Shown here piece after piece: positions 17,076-27,708 of a DNA stretch of 64,000 nt. Origin of the DNA: Planctomycetota bacterium. GTDB lineage: Bacteria > Planctomycetota > B15-G4 > JADJEK01. Position 1 is the first letter of the stretch, and each line of letters starts with the position of its first letter. Below the pieces are notes generated by a model. That model saw only the letters and a list, made by a program, of their open reading frames with translations, was not told the DNA's origin and ran no database searches. The translations under genes were made by a program, and so were the position numbers. The stretch covers positions 1,703-65,702 of the forward strand of contig JBGAIQ010000028.1 in assembly GCA_044225365.1 (NCBI GenBank), given 5' to 3'.

Positions 17076-18722
17076 TCAAGGCCTCGTGCGAAAGGGTGCG
17101 AGCGGAAGGTCGAGTGCGTTGACGAGGTTCACTTTCGGATTGGGGGCCCAGGCGTAGCGGGCGCGCGTGGGATGCGAGACGGCGTCGCTCGTGAGGGACA
17201 GGCGTGCGAGAGGATCCTTGGGTTCGTCGTCGAGCCCGGGCGGTTCCATGGGTGAGTACTCGATCTTTGCGACGGCGGGATGGAAGACGCCGTCGTCGCC
17301 CGCGACTTCGAAGCCCGTGAGCGACCGGCCTTCGACGGACGGGTGGAGGCTCTTCGCGTTCGCGAGGCGGATCTCGATCGCGGCACCGAGCGTCTTCGAA
17401 GCGACGAACGTCGGCCCCGTCGCGTCCTGGAACGCCACCTTGGCACTCACGATCGGGCGGCCGTCGATTACCACAACCTTCCGCTTCACCGGCACATCCC
17501 CATACACCCTCTCGATCGCGAGCAACGCGAGACGCCTTCCGACCTCGCCCTTGTGCGCGGGGTGGATGTCGTTTTCATCGCCGATGTCGATCGCGACGGC
17601 CATTCCAGTCCGCGGGATCGTCTTCGCGATCGTCGCCTGCGCTTCGCGAAGTTCCATCCAGTTCTCGCCCTTGCCATAACCGGCGAGCTGGACGAAGAGG
17701 AACGGCAGCTCGGCATCGAGGAGCGTGGCGCGGAAGCGGGCGATCAACTTCGGCATCATCGTCGCGTAGAGGTCGGGACGATGGGCGTTCGATTCGCCCT
17801 GGTACCACAGGACTCCCTTGAAGCGAAAAGGCGCGAGCGGGGCGATGCCGCCGTCGAACAGGGCCGTCGGCTCGAAGCGATGGCGTTGACGCTTCGGCCT
17901 CGGCCGTCCCGCCGCGTCGGCTTCGGCGCACGTTTTCTCAAAGCTCGCGGCGGCGGCCCTTCCCTCGTCCCGGCACCACGGGAACACGAGATCGCACTCG
18001 AGCCAATTCGAGAGCAGGGGCGCTGTCGAAGGATCGCTCTTCAGATCCTCACGCTGCATCCACGCCTCGGCAGGCGAGCCGCCGATGGCGTTCTGCACCA
18101 GGCCGATCGGTACGTCGTCGATCGCAGGCAGGAGTTCCTTCAATCGTAGCGCGAAGGAGAACGCGACCGCGGAGAAGCTCTTCGCACTCGCCGCCGACGC
18201 AACCTCCCACGAGCCGGTGAAGAGACCGCGTTCGACGTTCGCTTCGATGCCATCGGGACGATCGGCGTCGAAGGTGCGGTCTCCTTCGCCCGCGATCCGC
18301 ATGCGCAGGAGTCGCACGTTCGCGCGATCCGCTCGGGCGATCGATTCCTGCATGTCGGAAAAGGCCGCCATCGGCCATTCCATGTTCGACTGTCCCGCGC
18401 AGAGCCACACGTCGCCGACCAGGACGCGATGGATCGTCATCGAACCCGACGGTGCGCTGACGACGAGGTCGTCTTCCTTCGCATCGGCAAGCAACGCGGG
18501 CAACATCGCGATGAAGCCGCCTTTCGAATCTGCCGTCGCGCGAGCGCTCTCGCCGTGGAAGCGCACCTCGACCGCCTCGTTCGGCGCGGCGGTTCCCGCG
18601 ATCGCGCACGGCACGTCGCGCTGCAGGACCATCCCGTCGGAGAAGATCGGTGCGAGTCGAACTTCCGCGTGCGCTTGCGACGCGACGAACCATGCGACGA
18701 GGGAGACGACGGTGCGGTTCAT
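17076..18722 (-). CDS. sialate O-acetylesterase-like SGNH/DUF303 esterase
   Basis: Internal ATG 18722 of ORF 17076..19283 begins MNRTVVSLVAWFVASQAHA (signal). APIFSDGMVLQRD and LCAGQSNMEWPM are typical of the sialate O-acetylesterase family. Confidence 0.8.
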   Translation of the reverse strand: MNRTVVSLVAWFVASQAHAEVRLAPIFSDGMVLQRDVPCAIAGTAAPNEAVEVRFHGESARATADSKGGFIAMLPALLADAKEDDLVVSAPSGSMTIHRVLVGDVWLCAGQSNMEWPMAAFSDMQESIARADRANVRLLRMRIAGEGDRTFDADRPDGIEANVERGLFTGSWEVASAASAKSFSAVAFSFALRLKELLPAIDDVPIGLVQNAIGGSPAEAWMQREDLKSDPSTAPLLSNWLECDLVFPWCRDEGRAAAASFEKTCAEADAAGRPRPKRQRHRFEPTALFDGGIAPLAPFRFKGVLWYQGESNAHRPDLYATMMPKLIARFRATLLDAELPFLFVQLAGYGKGENWMELREAQATIAKTIPRTGMAVAIDIGDENDIHPAHKGEVGRRLALLAIERVYGDVPVKRKVVVIDGRPIVSAKVAFQDATGPTFVASKTLGAAIEIRLANAKSLHPSVEGRSLTGFEVAGDDGVFHPAVAKIEYSPMEPPGLDDEPKDPLARLSLTSDAVSHPTRARYAWAPNPKVNLVNALDLPLAPFRTRP

Positions 18723-18760
18723 GGTGCACTTCCTTGCGAGTCGACTCCGAGGGGACGCGT

Positions 18761-19990
18761 TCAGGCGATCGACTTCGCGATCGTCTGCACGAGTCGCGGG
18801 ATCGCGTGTTCCGGCGTCCCGCACAACGCGACTCGCAACGATCCCCGCTGCGGGACGACGTAGACGCCGAGTTCGCGCGCGCGATCGGCCGCGAGCGTCG
18901 CATCGTCGCAGAACACCGACACGAAGAACCCGCCCTCGTACCGCGGGTACTTCAGGCCGTGCTCCTGCGCGAACGTGTTGAACGTCGAAACGCGTTTGCC
19001 GAGCAGTTCGACGAGCGCACTGCGTTCCTTGCGCACGCGCTGCTGCAGCGTCTCGTCGGAGAGCAGGATCCCGATCGCGAGCTGACCGAGATGGTTGCAA
19101 TTCGACCACGTGCCCCGACATCCGAATCCGAACGCGTTCGACACTCGTTCGCGCAGCGCCGGGTCGGGATGGACCGCGACGAGCGAGCCGACGCGCGCGC
19201 CGTACTGCGCGAACGATTTCGAAGCCGTCCACGCTACGAGCAGGAGCGCATCGGGCAGGATGTTCCACATCGGGATCACCCATTCATCACCGCCGCCCTC
19301 GGCGAATCGCGCATAGGCGTGATCGATCAGGATCGTCACCGCACCGTGCTTGCTTGCGCCACGCACGATCTCGGAGAGCGAGCGCCACTCGGCCGACGTC
19401 GGCGAGTATCCCGTGGGGTTGTTGCAAGGGAAGTTCAGGAAGACCAGCGCGCGGCCGTCGGCGCGAACCTTCGAATCGAGCGCTTTCTCGAACGCGAAGA
19501 GATCGAGACCGCCCTTCTCCGTGAACAACGGCCACGACTCGAGCCGTCGCCCGTTCTGCTCGGTCATCGTCTTGTACGGGCCCCAGTACAGGTCCGGTAC
19601 GAGTACGGCCTCTCCGGGATGGGTGAACGTCTGCACCGCGAGGCACAGTGCGCCCGAGCCGCCCGGCGTCGCTGCCGCGACCGACCAGTTCGCGAGCTCG
19701 GATTCGACGAAGAGGTCGCGAACCACGCCGCGAAGGTATTGGGGTTCGCCGAGGATTGGCGCGTAACCGGCCGAGCGTTGCGGATCGATCGCGGCGAAGG
19801 CCTCCGCCACCACCGGAAGGGTCATCAGCGCGCCGGAATCGTCGAGCAGCGCGCCGAGCGTCGCGTTGACCACGTTCTTGTCGGTCTTCGCGCGCGCTCT
19901 CGCCTCCGCGTTCAGCTTGAAGATGAGATCGTCACCGCTGCGGTTGCGCGCACTCGGCGTCAGGAAGTCGAACGGTTCGCGTGTCGTCAT
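18761..19990 (-). CDS. class I aminotransferase (AspC/TyrB-like aspartate/aromatic aminotransferase)
   Basis: GYAPILGEPQYL, FPCNNPTGYSPT and SKSFAQYGARVG (PLP-lysine region) match the AspC-type family. Confidence 0.85.
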   Translation of the reverse strand: MTTREPFDFLTPSARNRSGDDLIFKLNAEARARAKTDKNVVNATLGALLDDSGALMTLPVVAEAFAAIDPQRSAGYAPILGEPQYLRGVVRDLFVESELANWSVAAATPGGSGALCLAVQTFTHPGEAVLVPDLYWGPYKTMTEQNGRRLESWPLFTEKGGLDLFAFEKALDSKVRADGRALVFLNFPCNNPTGYSPTSAEWRSLSEIVRGASKHGAVTILIDHAYARFAEGGGDEWVIPMWNILPDALLLVAWTASKSFAQYGARVGSLVAVHPDPALRERVSNAFGFGCRGTWSNCNHLGQLAIGILLSDETLQQRVRKERSALVELLGKRVSTFNTFAQEHGLKYPRYEGGFFVSVFCDDATLAADRARELGVYVVPQRGSLRVALCGTPEHAIPRLVQTIAKSIA

Positions 19991-20008
19991 GAATAACCGG
20001 GATGACCT

Positions 20009-20839
20009 TCATCGGCCTTTGAATTGTGGTTTGCGTTTCTCGTTGAACGCGGCGATGCCTTCGCGCGCATCCTCGGAGACGAAGAGTTGCTGCTGCAGCT
20101 CGCGCTCGAGCGCGAGACCGGCTTCGAGCGAGACCTCGCCGCCCGTCTGACAGGCTCGCTTGATGAGACCGACCGCCCTGCTGGCCTTGCGCGGCGGGCA
20201 GAACTGCATCGCGTAGTCGAGCGCCTTCGCCTTGAAGTCGTCGGCGTTCTCCGCGCCGATGAGATCGTGGAGGAGTCCGGCGTCGCGGGCTTCCTCGAAC
20301 CCGCGTGTGTCGCCGCGCGCCATCCACTCGATGGCCTTGGCCTTGCCGACCGCGCGGACCATGCGCTGGGTCCCGCCGGTACCAGGAAGGACACCCAGAT
20401 GGACTTCGGGGAGGCCGATCTTCGGCGGCTTCAATCCGCCTGCTCCGTTGCCGCTGGGAGCGATCCCGATGCGCAGATCGGCCGCGAGCGCAATCTCGAG
20501 ACCGCCGCCGACACAGTGGCCATTGAGTGCGGCGATGACGAGCTTCGGAGTCTGCTCGAGCCGACACAGGGTCTCGTTCGCGTGGAGGCAGAAGAAGTAC
20601 TTGAAGCGCGGCGTGACGGCTCCGAGCATCGAAGTGTCCGCGCCGGCGCAGAAGACATCTCGGGCGCCGGTGATCAGGAGGACGTGGACCCCTTCGTCCA
20701 TGCGCGCCGCGAGCACGGCGTCGTCGATCTCCTGCATCATCTCGTAGCTGTAACCGTTGACCTTGCCGTTGTCGAGCGTGAGTACGCCGACGCCGTCGCG
20801 AACGACGTACTTGACGAGTTGACCGAAAGGACGCGCCAT
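20009..20839 (-). CDS. enoyl-CoA hydratase/isomerase (crotonase) family protein
   Basis: Internal ATG 20839 of ORF 20009..20971. GVLTLDNGKVNGYS, FCAGADTS, ALNGHCVGGGLEIALAADLRI and EGIAAFNEKRKPQFKG are crotonase hallmarks. Confidence 0.85.
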   Translation of the reverse strand: MARPFGQLVKYVVRDGVGVLTLDNGKVNGYSYEMMQEIDDAVLAARMDEGVHVLLITGARDVFCAGADTSMLGAVTPRFKYFFCLHANETLCRLEQTPKLVIAALNGHCVGGGLEIALAADLRIGIAPSGNGAGGLKPPKIGLPEVHLGVLPGTGGTQRMVRAVGKAKAIEWMARGDTRGFEEARDAGLLHDLIGAENADDFKAKALDYAMQFCPPRKASRAVGLIKRACQTGGEVSLEAGLALERELQQQLFVSEDAREGIAAFNEKRKPQFKGR

Positions 20840-20927
20840 GAACCGAGGACTCCTGTGCCGAATGCCGATCGATTGTAGGAGCAGCCCCGCGCCGGCATGC
20901 ACTTGGCTTGGCGTGGTTTTTCGCGCC

Positions 20928-22871
20928 TCAAATCGGCTCGAGCCGGACGCGCTCGTCGTAGTACGCCGCACCTCCGCCGTGATCGGTGAGGCGCGCCGAG
21001 ATCAACTCGTTGACGCAGAGTCGACGAGCCACGCTGCGAGCGCGCGGCGCATAGATCGTGTCCTCGCGGTAGTTCTCGTCGTGGTTGACGACGACCTTCA
21101 GGCGTCCGAGGCGCGAGCAGAGATACGCCGGTCCGCCGTCTGCGATCTTCGGACACGCGTTGGGATGCGCGACGACGACGAGCGGTCCTTCCCGCTCCTC
21201 GTCCGCCTCCGTGAGCTGCGAGCCCTGCCACCGATTCGTCGACAGCGCCTGGAAGTGGAGAGGGAACTCGGCGTCGATGGGCGGCGGTCCGACGTACGCG
21301 TCGAGGAAACGGAACATCCGACTCTCGGTCTTGAACCTTCGACCGGCGAATGCGACCGACGGCGACGTCGGGTTCATGCGGGCCTCTGCGAGCAATCCGT
21401 CGCGGGTCACCCCATGCGGCGAGAGCTTGCGAAGGAAACGGTCGCACCATTCCCGAGGTGCTCCCATGAGCGCGTCGCCGAAACCGAGGCGAGTCGCCAA
21501 GGCCTGGTAGATCTCGAGGTCGGTCCTCGCCCCCGGGAGGCGCATTGCGACGGCACGCGTCGCCGAGACGTAGTGATGTCCGTAGGAGCCGATGAGATCG
21601 TCCTCCTCGAGCATCGTCGTCACCGGCAAGACGAGGTGAGCGCAGCGCGCCGAGTCGGTCATGAACTGATCGAGCACGAGCGTGAAGTCGCGAGTGCGCA
21701 GCGCGTGAGCCGTGACGCGCGAATCGGGATTGGTCGCGACAGGGTTGTGGTTGTCGAGGATCACGGCGCGGACGGGGGGATCGTTCGCATTCAGGATCTC
21801 GGGGCCTAGCCTCGCGACGTGCAACCGGCGCGGCGCCGGTTTTGCGCGTGGGTCGGAGAGCGCCCCCTCGAGGTCGAACGAACTGCGACGCTTCACGGTG
21901 AACGAGGCCCCCCCGCCCGCGATGCCGATGTTCCCCGTGAGCGCGTGGAGCGCGTCGATCGCGCGGATCTGGGTCGCGCCGTTCAGCCTCCGCTGCAGCC
22001 CCCAGCCGACGAGCGTGGTCACCGGCGAGCGTTCGCAGAAGAAACGGGCGAGTTCGCGGATCGACGCCGCGCTCACGTCGGATTCCTTGGCCCAGCCCTC
22101 GATGCTGCGGCTCCGGACGAGGTCGAAATACTCCTCGCTGTTCTGCGAGTACTCGGTGAGTTCGCCGTGCGCTCCTCCGGTGTCGAGGACCGCGTGCGCG
22201 ACGCCGAGCGCGAGCGCCGCGTCGCCGCCCGGGCGTGGCGCGAGGTGGAGATCGGCGAACGATCGCACCTTCGTCGCGAGAGGATCGATCACCACGATCT
22301 TCGCGCCGGATTTCTTCGCATCGAGGATGCGCGGCGTCAGATGCGGGCTCGAGTTCGCCGGGTTCTTGCCCCAGAGCACGATGCCCCGCGCGTTCTTCAG
22401 ATCGTCGATGGAATTCGATTCGCAGGCGCCGAAGTCGAGTTCGTTCGCGGCCGATCCGGCGCCGTCGCACACGTCGCCCATCGTTCCGCTCGCGCCGAGG
22501 AGCCGCGCGAAGTAGCCGTTCAGGTTCTTCAGGATCCCGAGCGAGCCGCCGCCCTGGGAATGCAGGATCGAGGCTGCGCCCGATTCGCGCGCGATCGCTG
22601 CGAGCTTCTCGGCCGCGAGGTCGAGCGCTGCGTCCCAGGTGAGCGGCTCGAAGCGGTCGCCATGCCGGAGGAGCGGCGTCGTCAGGCGTTCACTCGAGTA
22701 CTGCCGATCGAGGAAATGCGTACCGACTCGATAACACAAGAAACCCCGCGTCACGGGATGATCGGGATCGCCTTGCAGCCTCGTCACGCGGCCGTCTTCG
22801 ACCGTGGCGATGAGTCCGCACGCATCGGGACAATCGCGCGTGCAGGCGGTCCGTACGGAGGCAGTCGTCAT
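20928..22871 (-). CDS. molybdopterin-dependent oxidoreductase (DMSO reductase superfamily)
   Basis: Internal ATG 22871 begins MTTASVRTACTRDCPDACGLIATVEDGRVTRLQGDPDHPVTRGFLC, an N-terminal 4Fe-4S Mo/W bis-MGD-type Cys motif. Typical downstream MopB segments follow. Confidence 0.8.
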   Translation of the reverse strand: MTTASVRTACTRDCPDACGLIATVEDGRVTRLQGDPDHPVTRGFLCYRVGTHFLDRQYSSERLTTPLLRHGDRFEPLTWDAALDLAAEKLAAIARESGAASILHSQGGGSLGILKNLNGYFARLLGASGTMGDVCDGAGSAANELDFGACESNSIDDLKNARGIVLWGKNPANSSPHLTPRILDAKKSGAKIVVIDPLATKVRSFADLHLAPRPGGDAALALGVAHAVLDTGGAHGELTEYSQNSEEYFDLVRSRSIEGWAKESDVSAASIRELARFFCERSPVTTLVGWGLQRRLNGATQIRAIDALHALTGNIGIAGGGASFTVKRRSSFDLEGALSDPRAKPAPRRLHVARLGPEILNANDPPVRAVILDNHNPVATNPDSRVTAHALRTRDFTLVLDQFMTDSARCAHLVLPVTTMLEEDDLIGSYGHHYVSATRAVAMRLPGARTDLEIYQALATRLGFGDALMGAPREWCDRFLRKLSPHGVTRDGLLAEARMNPTSPSVAFAGRRFKTESRMFRFLDAYVGPPPIDAEFPLHFQALSTNRWQGSQLTEADEEREGPLVVVAHPNACPKIADGGPAYLCSRLGRLKVVVNHDENYREDTIYAPRARSVARRLCVNELISARLTDHGGGAAYYDERVRLEPI

Positions 22872-22992
22872 GGGTCGTGTCACCTCGAGCACCCGTCGCG
22901 TCGTTGCACTTCGCGCTCGCCGGGAGTCGATCGGGCGGAAGCGTTCGGCGATTGTACGTGAAGGCGGCGGTCGAGCGTGATTGCATAGCGCC

Positions 22993-23952
22993 ATGAGATC
23001 CATCCATCGTCTCGTCGCCGTTCTCGTGACGCTCTGCATCGTTCCCCTTGCGCTCGTCGCCTGCGATCGCGGCGGCAAGGGATCCGAGTTCAAGGTCGCA
23101 TTGATCACCCCCGGTCCGGTCACCGACGACGGTTGGAATTCGTATGCTTTCGAGGGCCTGAAGCGCATCGAGACCGAGCTGTCGGCGAAGGTCCGTCACT
23201 TCCAGACGAAGTCGCCGTCGGAGTTCGAATCGACGCTGCAGAACTTCGCGAACGACGGTTACTCGCTCGTGATCGCGCACGGCCACGAGTACAGCGACGC
23301 GGTGAAGAAGGTGGCTGCCCAATTCCCCACGACGGCATTCGTGGTGACGTCGGGCTCGGTCGTCGGGAAGAACGTGAGCTCGATCGACTTCGCGATCGAG
23401 GATCCTTCCTATCTCGCGGGCATGCTCGCGGGCTCGGTGTCGAAGAGCGGCCGCATCGGCTGTGTCGGTGGGATGGAGATCGATCCGGTGAAGGATGCGT
23501 TCGAATCCTTCAAGCGGGGCGCCCTCGAAGTGCGCAGCGACGCGACCGTCGTCGTGTCGTGGGTGGGTTCGTGGGACGACGTCGCCGCGGCGAACCAGGC
23601 GACGCGATCGCTGATCGGGAAGGGCGCGGACTTTTTCTTCCACGACGCCGACGCCGCCGGCCTCGGCGTGTTCAACGCGGCAGAGGAAGCGGGTCTCCTC
23701 GCGATCGGATGCAACAAGAATCAGAATTCCGTGAAGCCAAAGACCGTCGTCGCGAGCGTCGTCCTGGAGATCCCGGCGGCGTTCGTCGGCGTCGCGCGCG
23801 AAGTGAAGGAAGCGCGATTCGAAGGAACGATGCGCAAGCTCACGATGAAGGACGGATTCGTCCATCTGGTCCAGAATCCCTCGCTCGCGAGCGCCGTGCC
23901 CGAAGTCGCACGCCGGCGCATCGAATCGAAGACGGCGGAGCTCGTGCGCTGA
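22993..23952 (+). CDS. BMP-family ABC transporter substrate-binding lipoprotein
   Basis: MRSIHRLVAVLVTLCIVPLALVAC contains a lipobox. FKVALITPGPVTDDGWNSYAFEGL is typical of the Bmp/Med (nucleoside/sugar binding) family. TTG 22981 is an alternative start. Confidence 0.85.
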   Translation: MRSIHRLVAVLVTLCIVPLALVACDRGGKGSEFKVALITPGPVTDDGWNSYAFEGLKRIETELSAKVRHFQTKSPSEFESTLQNFANDGYSLVIAHGHEYSDAVKKVAAQFPTTAFVVTSGSVVGKNVSSIDFAIEDPSYLAGMLAGSVSKSGRIGCVGGMEIDPVKDAFESFKRGALEVRSDATVVVSWVGSWDDVAAANQATRSLIGKGADFFFHDADAAGLGVFNAAEEAGLLAIGCNKNQNSVKPKTVVASVVLEIPAAFVGVAREVKEARFEGTMRKLTMKDGFVHLVQNPSLASAVPEVARRRIESKTAELVR

Positions 23953-23954
23953 GG

Positions 23955-25481
23955 ATGGAGCTGCTGCGGCTTCGATCGATCGTCAAATCCTTCGGCCCGG
24001 TCGTCGCGCTGAAGGGAGTCGCCTTCAATGTCGCCGCGGGAGAAGTGCACGCCCTGCTCGGTGAGAACGGCGCGGGGAAGAGCACGCTCGTGAAGATCCT
24101 CGCCGGCATCGTGCGTCCCGACGCGGGCGAGATGTCGCTCCACAGCGAGTCCTTCGCGCCCCGCTCGCCGCAGGAGGCTCGCGCACTCGGCATCGGCGTG
24201 GTGCATCAGCATGACGCCTTGATCGACGCGCTCACCGTGGCCGAGAATCTCGCGCTCGGCGATTCGAAGTGTCCCCGCATCTTGTCGCGCAGAGCGTTGG
24301 AATCGCTCGGGCGCGACGCGGCGCGGCGCGCGGGCGTCGACCTCCCGCCGCTCGATGCGCTCGCTCGCGACCTCTCGGTCGGCGAGCGGCAACGGGTCGA
24401 GATCGTGCGCGCGCTCGCGAGCGAACCTCGCGTGCTGCTGCTCGACGAACCGACCGCCGCCCTCGCTCCGTCGGAGGCCCATGCGCTGCTCATCTCCCTC
24501 CGCGAGATCGCTTCGCGCGGCGTCGGAGTCGTCTTCATCAGTCACTATCTGAGAGAAGTGATGGACGTCGCCGATCGCGTGACGGTCCTGCGCGGGGGCG
24601 CGACCGTGCTCGTGGCGCGGCGATCCGAGGTCGACGAGAACGTGCTCGCGACGGCGATGGTGGGGGAAGCGGTGGCGCCGATCCCGCACGCGCAGGCGTC
24701 GGTGGGCGCGGCCCGACTCGTCGTGACGGATGTCCACACCGATCGACGCCACGACCCCGCCGCGCTCCAGGGCGTGGAGTTCGCAGTGCACCGTGGCGAG
24801 TGCGTGGCGATCGCCGGCGTGGCGGGCAACGGCCAACGCGCCCTCGTCGCGGCCCTCGAGGGCGTCCTTCCCCTCCTTCGCGGGACGATCGCGGTCGATG
24901 GCGTCGAACTCGCGAGGGGGGCCGAGGCGAGGCGCCGTCGCGGGCTCGCGATCGTGCCGGAGGAGCGTCGAAGCGAAGGTCTCGCACCGGATCTCTCGAT
25001 CGCGGAGAACCTCGTGCTGTCCGTGCGGGCGCTGGCCGCAGTGGGTCGAAGCGATGGGCGTGACAGGTTGCTGCTGCGTCGGAGCGATCTGCTCGCGCAC
25101 TCGCGATCTTTGATCGAACGCTACGGGATTCGGCCGAACGATCCCCTGGCACCGGCGGGAGCCTTGTCGGGCGGCAATCAGCAGCGCGTCATCCTCGCCC
25201 GCGAGTTGTTCGACGCGACGAGCGTCGCCGTGCTGGCCCAACCCACGCGCGGACTCGACGTCAAGGCGACGCAGTTCGTCCATGCCGAGATCGAACGCGT
25301 CCGCGAGGCCGGAGCCGCCGTTCTACTCGTGTCGACCGACCTCGACGAGACGCAGCGCCTCGCGGACCGGATTCTCGTGATGCTGCGCGGACGGATCGTC
25401 GCGCAGTTCGCGCGCGGAGCGGATCCTTCGGCGATCGGGGCAGCGATGACGGGAGCGGCCACAGCGGGAGGAAGTGCGTGA
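23955..25481 (+). CDS. ABC transporter ATP-binding protein (duplicated ATPase, BMP/sugar type)
   Basis: Internal ATG 23955 lies 2 nt after the upstream stop. Walker A is GENGAGKST; signature-like LSVGERQRVEI and LSGGNQQRV mark two NBDs. Confidence 0.9.
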   Translation: MELLRLRSIVKSFGPVVALKGVAFNVAAGEVHALLGENGAGKSTLVKILAGIVRPDAGEMSLHSESFAPRSPQEARALGIGVVHQHDALIDALTVAENLALGDSKCPRILSRRALESLGRDAARRAGVDLPPLDALARDLSVGERQRVEIVRALASEPRVLLLDEPTAALAPSEAHALLISLREIASRGVGVVFISHYLREVMDVADRVTVLRGGATVLVARRSEVDENVLATAMVGEAVAPIPHAQASVGAARLVVTDVHTDRRHDPAALQGVEFAVHRGECVAIAGVAGNGQRALVAALEGVLPLLRGTIAVDGVELARGAEARRRRGLAIVPEERRSEGLAPDLSIAENLVLSVRALAAVGRSDGRDRLLLRRSDLLAHSRSLIERYGIRPNDPLAPAGALSGGNQQRVILARELFDATSVAVLAQPTRGLDVKATQFVHAEIERVREAGAAVLLVSTDLDETQRLADRILVMLRGRIVAQFARGADPSAIGAAMTGAATAGGSA

Positions 25482-26557
25482 CGATCGGGAAAGCCGCCCC
25501 GGTCCTCCCGATGCGATTCGCGGGCCCGCTGCTCGCGAGCGCCATCGCGTTCGCGTTGCTCCTGCTCATCGTGCGACTCGAGGGCATCGAGCCCGGCGCC
25601 GCGATCGAGGTCTTCCTCCACGGCATCGCGGGAACGACCTGGAATCTCGCGGAGGTCGGAGTCGCGGCGACGCCGCTCGTGCTGTGCGGTCTCGCTGCGG
25701 CTCTGGCGTTCCAGGCCGGTCTCTTCAACATCGGCGCCGAAGGGCAACTGCTGGCCGGGATGATCGCGGCGACGGCCGTGGGCGTGCGGTCGCTGCCGGT
25801 TGCCCTCGGCCTCGTCCTCGCGGCGCTCGCCGGTGCGGTCGTCGCGGGAGTCGCCGGACTGTTGCGAGACGCGCGCCGCGTGCCCGAGGTCCTGTCGACC
25901 CTGCTCCTCAACTTCGTCCTGCTCCACGGGGTCGCGCTCGCCGTCCAAACCGTGCTTCGAGAGCCGGGAAGCGATCTTCCCCAATCGGCGCCGCTCGCGG
26001 ACGCATCACGACTCGCCACGCTCGTGCCCGCAACCCGACTGCACGTCGGTTTCCTCGTCGCCGTCTTCACCGCCGTCGCGCTCCACGTCCTGCTCCAACG
26101 GACCGCGTTCGGCCTGCGGATCCGCGCAGCGGGGGGCGCACCGCGCGCCGCGGCGATCGCCGGGTTCCCGGTGCGGCGCGATCTCTTCGTCGCGCTCTCG
26201 ATCTCGGGTGCGCTCGCGGGGCTCGCGGGCGGAATCGAGATCACGGGCGTGACGGGGCGCCTCTACGAGAACCCGTCCCCCGGTTTCGGTTACACCGCGA
26301 TCGCCGTGGCGCTCCTCGGTCGCAACGCTCCGCGGACGGTCCTCGTCGCAGCGGTGCTCTTCGGCGCGCTCGACACCGGTTGCCTGGCGTTGTCGCGCGA
26401 ACTCGGAGCGACGCGCGGACTCTCGCAGATCGTCGAATCCGCCGCGATCCTCACGTTCCTGCTCGTCGAGTCCCGTCCGGTGCGACGATTCCTCAGCGAT
26501 CGTCTCGCGGCACGACGAACTTCCTCCGCGGTACGAACGAGGAGCGAGGAAGCATGA
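25478..26557 (+). CDS. ABC transporter permease
   Basis: The GTG start overlaps the ATPase stop by 4 nt. Multi-pass hydrophobic protein with FNIGAEGQLLAG, typical of BMP-type permeases. Confidence 0.85.
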   Translation: MTIGKAAPVLPMRFAGPLLASAIAFALLLLIVRLEGIEPGAAIEVFLHGIAGTTWNLAEVGVAATPLVLCGLAAALAFQAGLFNIGAEGQLLAGMIAATAVGVRSLPVALGLVLAALAGAVVAGVAGLLRDARRVPEVLSTLLLNFVLLHGVALAVQTVLREPGSDLPQSAPLADASRLATLVPATRLHVGFLVAVFTAVALHVLLQRTAFGLRIRAAGGAPRAAAIAGFPVRRDLFVALSISGALAGLAGGIEITGVTGRLYENPSPGFGYTAIAVALLGRNAPRTVLVAAVLFGALDTGCLALSRELGATRGLSQIVESAAILTFLLVESRPVRRFLSDRLAARRTSSAVRTRSEEA

Positions 26558-27414
26558 GCGATCTCGCCGCGGTCTCGTCGCTCGCACTGGTCGCGACTCC
26601 GCTACTGCTCGCCGCGACGGGCGAGTGGATCGCCGAGCGATCGGGCGTGATCAACGTCGCCGTCGAGGGAACGCTCCTCGTTTCGAGCTACGCTGCGTTC
26701 GCTTGTGCCCTCGCCACGGGCAATCCCTATCTCGCCGTGTTCGCTGCGGCCGCAGTGGGGGCATGGTTCGCGCTGCTCCTCGGCGTGTGCGCGGTCGTCT
26801 TCGCCGTCGATGCCGTCGTCACCGGCACCGCACTCAATCTGCTCGCGCTCGGCATCACCGCGCTCTTGTTCCGACGGCATTCCGATCTCCACTCCGGGCC
26901 GGCGCAGGTGCCGGGACTTCCGCCGTTCCTTCTGCCTGCGATCGCGCTCCTCGTCATCGCCGTCGCGGCGTGGGTGGTCGCGCGTACCCGCGCCGGGCTC
27001 GTCCTGCGCGCGTGCGGCGAAGGTGCGAATGCTGCCGCGACCCAGGGTGCTCGAGTCGCTCGCGTGCGTCTCGTCGCAGTCGCGCTCGGCGGAGCGCTGG
27101 CGGGACTCGGCGCCGCGCAGCTCGCGCTCGTCGAAGCGCGGACCTTCGTCGAGGGAATGACCGGAGGCCGCGGGTTCCTCGCCCTCGCGATCGTGGTCTG
27201 CGGCCGATGGCGGGCGGGAGGAGTCCTCCTCGCTGCCTTGTTCTTCGGAGGCGCGATCGTCCTGCAGTTCCAGTTCCAGGCGGGAGGGAGTGCGATTCCC
27301 TACCCGGTATTCCTCATGCTGCCGTACGTGCTGACCCTCGTCGTCCTCGCGTCGCTCGCGATGCGATCGAAGGCTCCCGCGGATCTGAATCGTTCCCCGG
27401 AGGATGCCGGCTGA
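26554..27414 (+). CDS. ABC transporter permease (second subunit)
   Basis: ATG 26554 overlaps the upstream stop (ATGA). MSDLAAVSSLALVATPLLLAATGEWIAERSGVINVAVEGTLL is typical of this family. Confidence 0.85.
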   Translation: MSDLAAVSSLALVATPLLLAATGEWIAERSGVINVAVEGTLLVSSYAAFACALATGNPYLAVFAAAAVGAWFALLLGVCAVVFAVDAVVTGTALNLLALGITALLFRRHSDLHSGPAQVPGLPPFLLPAIALLVIAVAAWVVARTRAGLVLRACGEGANAAATQGARVARVRLVAVALGGALAGLGAAQLALVEARTFVEGMTGGRGFLALAIVVCGRWRAGGVLLAALFFGGAIVLQFQFQAGGSAIPYPVFLMLPYVLTLVVLASLAMRSKAPADLNRSPEDAG

Positions 27415-27708
27415 GCGTTCGTGCGCGGGCTGTGCGGGGTCGCACGGAGGGGGCGGCGACCTTTCGAAGTCCGGTGGCGGCGGCGGCAAATGGGGAAAGT
27501 CCGCGAGTTGCGTTTTTCAGCGTCCGTTTCGCTCGTGCAGCCCGTTCCTTGGGCTCGTCGCGATCTGGGATCCTCCCGGGTCCGGCTCGGGACGGTCGTT
27601 CCACGGCTGGCCGCGGAATTGCTGAATGACTTCCGAAGTTCGTCTGTCCCATCCGCCGGCGCCCGTTCCGACCAGGGTTCCGGCGGAGACGACAGAGGGG
27701 ATCCACAC

